Shown: positions 13,699 to 23,579 of the stretch, in pieces | Layout of the letters: the number at the start of each line of letters is the position of its first letter | Position numbering within the stretch: the stretch's first letter is position 1 | NCBI GenBank assembly: GCA_002269645.1 | Contig: NIVC01001685.1 | Location: 124,001-188,000, forward strand | Reading direction: 5' to 3' | DNA: 64,000 bases | DNA from: Macrostomum lignano | Lineage: Eukaryota | Made by a program: the position numbers and the translations under genes | Notes under the pieces: model-generated | What the model was told of the DNA's origin: nothing | Database searches by the model: none | Seen by the model: only the letters and a program-made list of their open reading frames with translations

Positions 13699-14159
13699 AT
13701 ATTCTTCAGTAGCAATATTTTTTCAATCATATTTAAGAAAAGTTTTAATTTTACACTCTCAGCCTGTTCCCAGTCCTCATTACCAGCAGTACCTGCACAG
13801 CTGAGACAGCACAGGTTAATGCATGCAGCCAGCATAATTTCAATTGCCACACAAACTCTGCTCTGAGCTGCACACGGAAGTTTGCCTTTTGTCCGATCTT
13901 TTCTGTCCGCCAGTAGCAGCATGAAAAAAGGCTGCACTTTTCTCAGGCAGTTTGTTCTGCTTTGTAAACCACTTTTTCACTGATAAAATCGCATTTAGTG
14001 CTTTGAGGAGACTTCAATGTTTGCACTGCAGTTCAAGGAGCTTTTTTCATTTAGATTTATAGTGTCATGCCTGAAACTGGCTACTTATCAGTAGGCGATT
14101 GGTAGAAAATCGCTGAATATAAAATTTTGCATTTCAAAATAAAATGTTAGCAAATAATT

Positions 14160-14485
14160 GCCAGCTTCAGGGGCGCCATCCTTTGTAGGGGCGCCACTTT
14201 CATCTGAGAGGGCGCCAGCTTCATCTGAGGGGGCGCCATTTCATTTGAAGGGGACGCCAGTTTTATCTGAGGGGCGCCAGTTTTATCTGAGGGGGCGCCA
14301 GTTTTATTTGAGGGGGCGCCAGTTTCATCCGAGGGGGCACCATTTCATCTGAGGGGGCGCCAGTTTTATCTGAGGGGACGCCAGTTTTATCTGAGGGGGC
14401 GCCAGTTTTATCTGAGGGGACGCTAGTTTTATCTGAGGGGACGCCAGTTTCATCTGAGGGGGCGCCATTTAACCTGAGGCGCCAG
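14160..14485. repeat. ~21-bp minisatellite (GGGGGCGCCAGTTTTATCTGA)n, same family as 9421-10338
   Basis: Shares GGGGCGCCA..TTT/TTCATCTGAG with the 9421 array. Confidence 0.9.
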
Positions 14486-14555
14486 CCTGTCAGCCTGTAG
14501 AATTAGTCCGTAGAACTTCAACTCTGCGCATTCCTCATCCAACCTGGACCCTCAG

Positions 14556-14778
14556 ACGGGGCTCAATACTGGCCGAGCTGCTCGTCACATCTGTCGGTCA
14601 TCCGAAGCAGCTGGTTGGCGATGCCCAGAGCTTCAAGAGTCTGCTGGACAGGCGAGTCCAGTCGACTACCGGCAAGCTGGCAGGAATGACGCTGAACCCG
14701 CTGCTCTACGAACTTCAGCCAGTTGAAGCTGAGGGCGGCCGTAACCCTGGCAACCACGGATCAAGAGGAGGTCAACTA
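14556..14778 (+). CDS. Coding exon: C-terminal half of the SEA domain plus a Gly-rich linker (absent from the ORF track)
   Basis: Acceptor AG at 14554-14555. Phase-2 translation: RGSILAELLVTSVGHPKQLVGDAQSFKSLLDRRVQSTTGKLAGMTLNPLLYELQPVEAEGGRNPGNHGSRGGQL. The GS-hydrophobic strand and G.L.G.TL.P tail are SEA-like. Ends at donor CTA|GTGAGC (phase 0), or reads through to TGA at 14785-14787. Confidence 0.78.
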
Positions 14779-14837
14779 GTGAGCTGAATTTGTTTTTTAC
14801 TTTCGAGTTTTTATGTCTACCTTTAATTGTGTGTTCT

Positions 14838-15282
14838 GTGTCTGGCTGATGCAATTGTGTGTGTCTGGCTGATGCAATTGTGTGTGTCTGGCTGATGCAA
14901 TTGTGTGTGTCTGGCTGATGCAATTGTGTGTGTTTGGCTGATGCAATTGTGTGTGTCTGGCTGTGTGTCTGGCTGATGGAATTGTGTGTGTCTGGCTGTG
15001 TGTCTGGCTGATGGAATTGTGTGTGTCTGGCTGATGCAATTGTGTGTGTTTGGCTGATGCAATTGTGTGTGTCTGGCTGTGTGTCTGGCTGATGCAATTG
15101 TGTGTGTTTGGCTGATGCAATTGTGTGTGTCTGGCTGTGTGTCTGGCTGATGGAATTGTGTGTGTCTGGCTGATGCAATTGTGTGTGTCTGGCTGATGGA
15201 ATTGTGTGTGTCTGGCTGATGCAATTGTGTGTGTCTGGCTGATGCAATTGTGTGTGTCTGGCTGATGTAATTGTGTGTCTGG
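14838..15282. repeat. 23-bp minisatellite (GTCTGGCTGATGCAATTGTGTGT)n with 12-bp truncated units
   Basis: Direct reading. Confidence 0.92.
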
Positions 15283-15365
15283 GCTGTAAAATATAGACCT
15301 TTCTATAATAGTGAAATAAGCAATCGCACTACTCAGTTTACTAGTTCCACCAGTGAACGAGCCGA

Positions 15366-15477
15366 GCCCGGCGCCGCCGAAGGCGGCGTCGGGCGAGAGC
15401 GAGAGAACCCGAGGCCCCGCCAGGGGCCGAGGGCGAGTGAATAATTTCAACCCATGGCGGCCGAAGGCCGACATGGG
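15366..15477. other. Cluster of three GC-rich mini-hairpins, two with GAA loops; probably part of a non-autonomous mobile element
   Basis: GCCCGGCGCCGCC-GAA-GGCGGCGTCGGGC (15366-15394); GGCCCC-GCCA-GGGGCC (15413-15428); CCCATGGCGGCC-GAA-GGCCGACATGGG (15451-15477). Confidence 0.6.
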
Positions 15478-17627
15478 CTAGAAAGTATTTACGAGTAAAT
15501 AAGTTAGACTCTAATGCATTTTGAAATTTCACGTTTTTCCGCCAAAAAATGCTCCTGTTTTGCAACCACTGCACAGATTGAGTTGAGTGAGGTGTCAATC
15601 GATAGAAAACTTTTAGATCTATCGAATTAATGTACTTTTAAATGCAGAGATTTTTTTAATGAGCCGTAAATTAACTGGAAAGACGATTTTTTCAAAAGTG
15701 CTTCTAGGAGATCTCAAAATTCTGGTACACCTTACGAGATACGGCTTCGACATCTGAGGATCAAAGTTGTCAAACTAAATTTCCTACAAAATGGTATATG
15801 GCACTTTAATTTATTTCGGCGTCTTTATGCAGTTTTGGTGGGTTTTTTGGGTAAAAAAATGACCTTCATTTTATTATTTCGCCAATTTTTCCTACGAAGC
15901 TTTTTGAGTTTGAGCTTCAAAGCAGTGCAGTTGGATGCGCAATGCAAAAATCTACAAGTGTCTAAAGTTTTGTTTCCCTACGATTCTGCAGTGCTGAGAA
16001 AATCGACAAAAATCGATTTTTCAAAAAATCACATGACTTTCGCATTATTGCTCATTATAATTATGAGAACATGGTGCGAATAAGCCGATTTCGAATTTCT
16101 ATAGCATAGTTGCTGTACTATATTGGTTTAAATTGCCGCCGTCTGATTTCGCTGCTTTCGGGTTGAAAAATCGATCAGAAATCGATAATTTGTGATTTTT
16201 GGCTGATTGGGTGCCAGAAAAATGGGTGATTAAAATTTTAAAAGAATGCTAGATCAAATGCGGATACTGCAACGAGTTTTACTAATGTCTGGCTAAAATT
16301 GACCAAGTTTTTGAGTGTCTGCAACAAGTGCTCATGTGTCAAAAGTGATTGGAAATCGATCAGAGTAGTGATTTTTTAATATTTTGCTTGAAATCAGGCA
16401 AAAAAACGCAATAAGACGGCATTATTTTTATGACGGCTGATTTCCCACATAACGAGGCATATTTGTGTGCAATTTCTAGAGATTCGGTTTATTGAGTAAA
16501 AAATTATCGATAAAAAACTGAAAACTTGACTTTTTACTTTTATGTTAGTTCCGGGGCTATTTAAACTGGAAATGGTAGGCATTTCGCACTGAAACCAATG
16601 CACAGTGTTCCATATAGTTAATTTAACAAATTTCTTGAATTTCATAACCATTCGATGTTTTTTCATGTAAAAAATGCCTTTTTTGCATCGAAATTCATCA
16701 CATTAAGCTGCATACCGCTTTGCATAATCTGCATTTGCATGTGATTGCTTGCATGGCTTTGGCATTGGGCTGAGTTAAGCTGGTTAGAAAGGAAGGAAAA
16801 GAAAGGAAAGGAAGGAATAATCGTACATACAATGTACACACCCGTCCCTTCCAAGTGGGGTTGTGGCAACGCGAGAGGGCTTGGCGGCTTGGTTTGGAGG
16901 GCGTGTAATAGAGCTTCATTTGACTCGCACACAGACCAAGGGAAATTAGATCGATAAACGGGCGTCACGTGATTAGAATTTCGTATTAAATTTAGCTCTT
17001 TAACTGCACATTTGAATTGCAAGCCCAGTACAAAGTTTGGCGGGTGGCAAGCTCCAAGTCACTACGTGTACAATCCACCCAGACTAAAAGGTCAGGCGAT
17101 ACGACTTTTGAAGCAGCTATGTACAGTGTTTTGGAATGACTTTATTTCTACTATAGCTTTCTTTGCAACCCCGTATCTTATGTCAGTTTAGTGTACTATC
17201 TGATTGATAGTATCAGTCAGTATGAGTATTAGGTCCCACAAAACTGGCCTGGCTTTCCAAGCACTTAAGCTGATGCTAGAGGATCTTGCGCCGAAACAAC
17301 CAGCTTAAATGGAGTTGTATAACCCTGCTACGCTCTAGAGACTTTAGACAATTTTTTAGATCGAGGGCCTATTGTAGAAGATTCCAGTTCATGGTTGCGG
17401 CCTTGCGGGCCAGATAAGAGAGGAAATGAAAGAGAATAGATGGAGAAGAGAAAAGAGGAGATAAAGATAAGGCAAGGCGAGAGAAAAGCGAGAGGAGAGG
17501 GGAGACTAGAGAGGAGAGATTAGAGAGGAGAAAAACAGAACAGACAAAGAGAAAAATGGGATAAGTAGAGATTTAAATTTTTCTTGAGATTCTCAGTTCT
17601 TTTTTATCGGTACAAAACTAGGTTTAT

Positions 17628-17706
17628 CAAGTAGTATGAAGACCCACGTCTAAAAAGAAGCCCGTTCACTGGTGGCAAAAAGACGTGTGCGTCTTCATAC
17701 TACTTG
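17628..17706. repeat. Short inverted repeat / hairpin (MITE-like)
   Basis: 16-bp perfect arms CAAGTAGTATGAAGAC ... GTCTTCATACTACTTG, extended after a bulge by CACGTCT/AGACGTG, around a ~30-nt loop. Confidence 0.7.
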
Positions 17707-18055
17707 TAATAGAAAGAAACAATTTTAGCACAGTTGATTAGAATGATAGAGAAATAAAACAAACTATAAAACTATATACATAATAAAACTATGCATAACC
17801 ACACAACTGGAATAATTCAGAAGATTGATCAACAAAATTAACTGTGACGTTTAAAACAAATGTCAATAAAGAGAGAGAATCAAAAGTAATCCATTTCAGA
17901 CAAAGGAGGCCAGGATCTTTACAGTTCCACTGTAATCTCATTATAGATTTTACGATAAGTATTCGCTCTTTAGTCGACAGGGTGTTTAAAAGTATTTCAG
18001 AATTTTTTTTCTCTATTTATTGATAATAAATAAAAAGTAATGTTGGGATTTACAA

Positions 18056-18418
18056 AGGGGGGCCCGTAGCCCAGCGGTAGCGCAGCTGCTCTGGTGTGCC
18101 AGCGGCCCAGGCTCGATTCCAAGTGCAGTCACATTAATTTGGGGCTGAATTGGAATTTCGGCTTGGCTCGCTTGTGCAATTAACGGCCTTGAGAGCCAAC
18201 CCCCCAAGGCGCAGTGAAGTGTACATGCCAAACAATTGATAAAGTTAGGGCCGCTGTACACTCCTGTGTGAGTGTGTGCCTGCGTACGTATCCGCGCGCT
18301 TGTGTGCCTGCTCAGGGGAGTCGGCGGAATGGGCAGTAATGCCTCTCGCCGGTTGTGTGCCTATGTCGCTTAAAGTGCGCCAGGGTGCACACAACCCCCC
18401 TGCCTCTAATAAAATAAA
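18056..18418 (+). mobile_element. Full-length tRNA-derived SINE (~360 bp) with target-site duplication
   Basis: Pol III A box TAGCCCAGCGG (18067-18077) and B-box-like GGCTCGATTCC (18110-18120) at tRNA spacing; degenerate cloverleaf; A-rich tail TAATAAAATAAA; flanking direct repeats TGGGATTTACAA (18044-18055) and TGGGATTTCCAA (18419-18430), 11/12 identical. Confidence 0.8.
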
Positions 18419-18657
18419 TGGGATTTCCAAGTAAAAAAACGGATTATATATAGATTTCACCTTTAATCCAGGAGGCGACATGGAGATTAACTTTTGTTTG
18501 ATTCTAAGAGAATTATTGCTGATAAAACCTCGTTAAAAATTTCCACAAGCCAATCGAATAAATACATGTACAAGTAGATAAATAAAGATGTGGATATAAT
18601 GATGTCATTTTCTAGTTCACTGCACGTCTATTCATATAACAATCTAAACGCATACTG

Positions 18658-18663
18658 TTTATT
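18658..18663 (-). promoter_or_regulatory. Putative poly(A) signal AATAAA of the PAN-lectin gene
   Basis: TTTATT on the + strand, ~135 nt downstream of the terminal TAG, in an AT-rich 3' region. Confidence 0.45.
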
Positions 18664-18796
18664 CATTAGGACTACGCCGTTTGCCTGGTATGTAAAAATA
18701 ACTTCTTATTTTATAATTATTCATAATGACTTTGCATGCATTGAAGTGATAAGCTCTTGATTAAAAGTCCGCGTTGCTGCTCGGTTGTCTCTCACG

Positions 18797-19639
18797 CTAG
18801 CGAGTCGTGAAGAACTCAAACGGAACTACGCACTCGCAGGCTCCAAAGAACCGCCTTGAGCCTTGATAGTCTCTCAGGCTAGAACCAGAAATCCTGGCTC
18901 GAATATCCAAGCTGCTTCCATCGTTTGGCTCCCCAGACCGCCAAAGGCCGCCATTGTAGATGTTCAGCAGCGGTAGCGGCCAGCCGCAGTCCGCCCACGC
19001 CCAGCTGCCGTTGCTCAGAATCGATGCGCTCACCCAGATGTCGCCAGAGAGTCCAACTGACGCTTTTAGGTCTTGCAGCTCCTCGATGCTGCTGAGATCG
19101 GCCAGCTTCGTCAGCGGCATGGCAGACCCGTCAGAGCTGCTCAAGAAGCTCCTGCAGCTGCCGGCCTGAGCACTCCAGCTGGCCTCCTGCCCGCTTCCAG
19201 CAGCCTTGTACAGCGAGCCCTTGAATCGACTGCCGCTGACGCCGGACACTCAGCGATAGTCGGCGGGACAGAGCCGGCCCGGCTCGAGACCCTTCGACTG
19301 CCTGACGAAGACTCGGAGCTGCCGGCTGGCGCAGCCACTGCTCGCCATCGAGCTGGCATCGAGCAGCAGCTGCGAGCTGCAGGCATCGAAGGAGAACAGC
19401 AGGCAGACCTGAGCGTCCGAGGCCTGTCCGGCCTCCATGGCGAAGGCCCGGCAACGCGGAGCTGCCCGACAGCGAAATGCGCAGCTGGCGATGTCCAGGT
19501 CGAGCCGCTGGTAGTGGGCTGGCGACACGCAGTTGGAGGTGAGGATCGCGTGGAAGGAGGTGAGCTGTCTGCAGCAGTTGGCCGGATGGCAGAGCAGCAG
19601 CAGAGGCAACAGCAGAAGAGCGATGGCGCGTGAGAGCAT
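18797..19639 (-). pseudogene. Intronless secreted PAN/Apple + C-type lectin gene with one in-frame TGA (19250-19252): recent pseudogene, null allele, sequence error or readthrough
   Basis: ORFs 19250..19639 and 18797..19249 are contiguous in one frame (281 codons). Signal peptide MLSRAIALLLLPLLLLCHPANC; PAN pattern C-x3-C-x5-C...VCLLF; lectin motifs CP-x-x-Y, SW...SC, IWVS, WAWAD, WRSGEPND, FFGACE. Confidence 0.75.
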
Positions 19640-20094
19640 CTGACTGGATAGAGGATTTGAGAATACAACTGTAACCTACTGCCAGAAGTGATGAAGATTT
19701 GCCAAGAGCAGATGCAAAAAAATTCCTCCTGCCGTCTGATTTATGGAAGACGCTTTGCTGCTTTGATGCAGCAGTTAGCAAGTATGATAGCAATACGAGG
19801 CTGATTGGCATTGCTGGGTTTACCCGGCCTGGGGCAGAGTTTTTCTACAGACGTGTAAGTGTTGAACTTGAACTCCCATCAGAGAGAACAATGGACAGCT
19901 GTGAGAATTCTGCAGGTGTTACTGACAGCTGACTTTCACTGGTTCGGAAGCGTCATGCAGTTTCTTTTCTTAAAGCATGTGCCTAGTACTCAACCTGAAC
20001 GTAAAGGCGCTCACTTTTGCGATAAACTTTGTGACCTGGAGCTCAGTCAGTCGCTAAGGGAAGCCGACTGCAAAAACGCGCGTGGCTAACTCGA

Positions 20095-20472
20095 TTGAAT
20101 CGCAATGCATTCGAAGGCCAACCGAAGGTCGATGCCGACCATCTGCTCGACCAGTTGGTAGGAGAGATGAGGTCGCGGTTGAATAGTGCGATCGAAAGCC
20201 ATATTGCCAGGTTGGGAGCTGCAAGCGGTCAGACAGAGTCTCGGTTACCGGATTCTGTTTACTCATCAGGGATTTTTCCAGACCGTCAGAATCTCATTAC
20301 GTACGATAAAGCGGTTGTACGAGCGGATAGGTTCAGGATTGCCGATTTTTATTTCGAGAGCGAACCACTTTCGTCCGGCTTGCCGGCAAGTGGGAGCGAC
20401 CACGGCGTACCTTTCGGCGAGTCATGCAAATGGTTCGCAATTCCCTATACCAGGATCTCTCTTCGACGTTAA
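20095..20472 (+). other. Unassigned non-repetitive 125-aa ORF, possibly a decayed transposase or exon fragment
   Basis: Protein-like composition (..DHLLDQLVGEMRSRLNSAIESHIARL..) but no family recognised with confidence. Confidence 0.2.
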
Positions 20473-22069
20473 AAGCAAAACTTTCTCGAGATAAAAACTA
20501 TACTATAATCGCACAAATAGGAGTCACGAGCCCTCATAGTTTCACTCATCCACTGAGACCAATTTAAACCAGTAGACCACGAGTATATGTGCTATTGAGT
20601 CGGAAGTTTCATCGACGTTAAGCAAAATGTCGCATGCAGCGTCTTGTTAACTCAAAATCTCGTTTCAATTCACAATTACTTTGTCATTACGTGCGCCTTT
20701 TTCCTACTTACAGTAGCTTAAATAGGAACATTTAATAGAAACTTTTTTCCTTTACCTTAAATAAAGGACTTTAAATAGGAATCTTAGGAAATAGGAATAG
20801 GAATTTTTTAGGTAAAACGCATTTTTAGGAATCTTAAAGCAGTTAAAGGTATTAATTTATTTTAACACGAGAACCATAGCGGACTGCAAGGCAATTAAGC
20901 AGCAATGAATGCATTATTAGAGGCGTAAAACAGCTTGTGATCTTCTAGCCAAGTGCTGCAACTGCGCCCTATTCAAAGCACCTGGTCCTCTTGCCATATA
21001 GCTGCTTGTACAGCTTTGGTATAGCTGAGCGAGTATTTGGAAATGGACAAAACCAGTTGTTGCCGCGGGTAATACACCGAATGGTTTTGCATACACAGAG
21101 GGGTATAGAGGTTCTTCTACATAGAATTACGAGTAAGTCGCAGACAAAAGACACAGGCAGAGGGACGAGTGCGCCTTTAATTGGCGGTTTTAAATATTAA
21201 AACGCGATTAAACATAGCTTCGGTCTACAATGCTTTCCGTTTTGAGAGTTGGCCAAGACTTGCCTTGAGGCTTGAACGCAGCCGGTAGCCTCTCTACCCC
21301 TGTTCTCCCCTCACTGAGTATTTATCCCCTGCAGGAATGTGTGCAGTCTTCTAGACCAACCGACTTGAAATTCCCTGTCCACCACACAGTGCTGTACACT
21401 CCTTCTTTCTTCCCTTAATTATCTACCCTCTGTCTCGCTCCCTCTCTTCCCCTGGTCGCTTCCCCAACCCTGTACAAAACGTCATCCCCTCAGCCTATAG
21501 GCCAGTTTTGCTCCACTAAGTAAGGAAAAAACCACGAAACTAAATCAATTCATATACACGCCAAAGAGTTAAACGCAACGCAACCAAACCGAGTTAGCCC
21601 TGCAAGCTGTCGAACTGCTGTCGATTGTATATTTTCTACTTAATCTCCTCACCAACCTAAGGCCACTGACAGGAGACAGGTCAACCCGCCTTTTTTAAAG
21701 AACTTCAAACAACTTCTATAAAGCCAGCAGCAGACAGAAAAAGTTGAAGTAAAGACAATTGTGAATTGTGTCTGCAGGAACTGCATTCGGCTAAGTAAGT
21801 ACGGAATTATGCATTCAACTTTTTTTATACAAATAAGCACCACAGGCAGGCCTAGATTTCAGTACAAATTTGTTAGATTTTTCCACTAGGCCGTCTGACG
21901 AAGCACCGCAGCTGCCGCCTGAGAATCCTTTCCTCAGTCAATCAGGATTCAACACATTCAGCTGTTGTTAATCCTCCGCTTCATCGAGTGCAGTTCTCAA
22001 CTCTAATCTAGCTTGCTAATCTCCTTTTTCGCACACCAAAATATCATTAGGAAGGATAGAAAGGATATC

Positions 22070-22083
22070 TGTGTCTGTCTGTC

Positions 22084-22162
<79 letters not shown>

Positions 22163-22165
22163 GAG

Positions 22166-22246
<81 letters not shown>

Positions 22247-22269
22247 GAGTGTCTGTCGGTCTGTCTGAG

Positions 22270-22345
<76 letters not shown>

Positions 22346-22352
22346 GGTCTGT
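22070..22352. repeat. (TCTG)n microsatellite (GACA family, opposite orientation to 1681-2233)
   Basis: Direct reading, with CTGAGTGT interruptions. Confidence 0.96.
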
Positions 22353-22971
22353 CCATCTTTTAACTCTTCCCTGACCTGTTTACACATGGGATTAGCCCGT
22401 GGAAGCCACACAAACACAACCCATCACTCAACATTCGGCTACTTTTCCTAGAAAATCAGCAGCTCCTCAACCCAGCTGTCTGTAGCAGCGGCAGCAGCGA
22501 GCCACTCGCTGCATCAAACAGCCGCACTACATCGCTACAATCACGCCAGGTGTTGCTAGTCAATCAGCGAGCCCCTTCCAGTTCCTCAATTTCTGCTTCT
22601 AAAATCTGCCTCATTCTTTATCTCGCTTCACAACTCCCCAGCTGCCCAAACAGCAAAATTAACTTCTATTTCTTCCTATTTTTCAGCATTGGATTTTTAC
22701 CTTCTTTTTCGTAGACAAAAGTTTTTTGCTCGTTGATACGTAGGGGCAGTGCCCTTTTATTACTGTTAGGCTATGAATGCAAATGTATGAAGTCTTGCCG
22801 GGCAGCAATGTACGTGTTTAAAGAATAAGCAAAGCAAACAAGAACTACAGATATGCGAATTTACCATCCGAATGGGGAGCCTAAATGTTCTGAAAGTTAA
22901 ATATGCTGAGGATTGATTTGCACGTAAAATTTTTTAAAAGATTTTAATACGAGTTAAGATTTAGATGGAGA

Positions 22972-23295
22972 ATTCTGGTTGAGATTTTGAGAGATTCGGT
23001 TGAGATTTTGAGAGTTCTGATTGAGATTCTGAGAATTATGGTAGACATTTTGACAATTCTGGTTGAGATTTTGAGAATTCTGGTTGATATTTTGAGAATC
23101 CTGGTTGAGATTCTAAGAGTTCTGATTGAGACTTTGAGAATCCTAATTGAGACTTTGAGAATCCTAATTGAGACTTTGAGAATCCTAATTGAGACTTTGA
23201 GAATCCTAATTGAGACTTTGAGAATCCTAATTGAGACTTTGAGAATCCTAATTGAGACTTTGAGAATCCTAATTGAGACTTTGAGAATTCTGGTC
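22972..23295. repeat. 21-bp minisatellite (TTGAGACTTTGAGAATCCTAA)n, degenerate at its 5' end
   Basis: Direct reading. The ILIETLR and ILKVSIR ORFs are by-products. Confidence 0.92.
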
Positions 23296-23579
23296 TGGAA
23301 ATACGGAGAGGTCACGCAGAACGCATTAGTATAGTCATATAGATAGACCGGCATGCACTATTTTGGAGAGCTGTTAGCAACAGAAGATTACTTAGGGGAG
23401 AAGCTAATTATCACTTACTGTTTTTGGCTAATTTATGACTGTTATACCCTTTTGTATGGCTCTACAATTGTGTCATAAATTGAACTGCATGCGCGTATGC
23501 ATCTCTGTTCCATCCTAGCGGGTGAACTATAGTCTAACAGGTTGCGAGTAAAAGAAAAACTCTTTGAAGTTATAGACAA

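Noticed and set aside
11921-13804. 627-aa and 407-aa Leu/Ser-rich ORFs
   Set aside because: Stop-free frames of the 7-bp CTCTCTR microsatellite.
18060-18132. Functional tRNA gene
   Set aside because: Acceptor and T stems do not pair and the B box is imperfect. It is the head of a SINE.
18481-18796. SECIS element for the lectin gene's TGA
   Set aside because: The ATGA...GA candidates on the - strand have stems that are too short or lack the 3' GA of the quartet. Not canonical by eye.
19073-19633. + strand 186-aa ORF and other overlapping ORFs in 18960-19811
   Set aside because: Antisense or off-frame shadows of the GC-rich PAN-lectin coding sequence.
20991-21200. AERVF motif as an integrase or hAT dimerisation remnant
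   Set aside because: Only a 4-5 residue resemblance, with no supporting catalytic motifs.
21330-22720. Acceptor-like sites at ~21334, ~21890 and ~22450 as the missing transmembrane or cytoplasmic exons of the TY-SEA gene
   Set aside because: None gives a convincing phase-0 exon with a transmembrane helix and a good donor.
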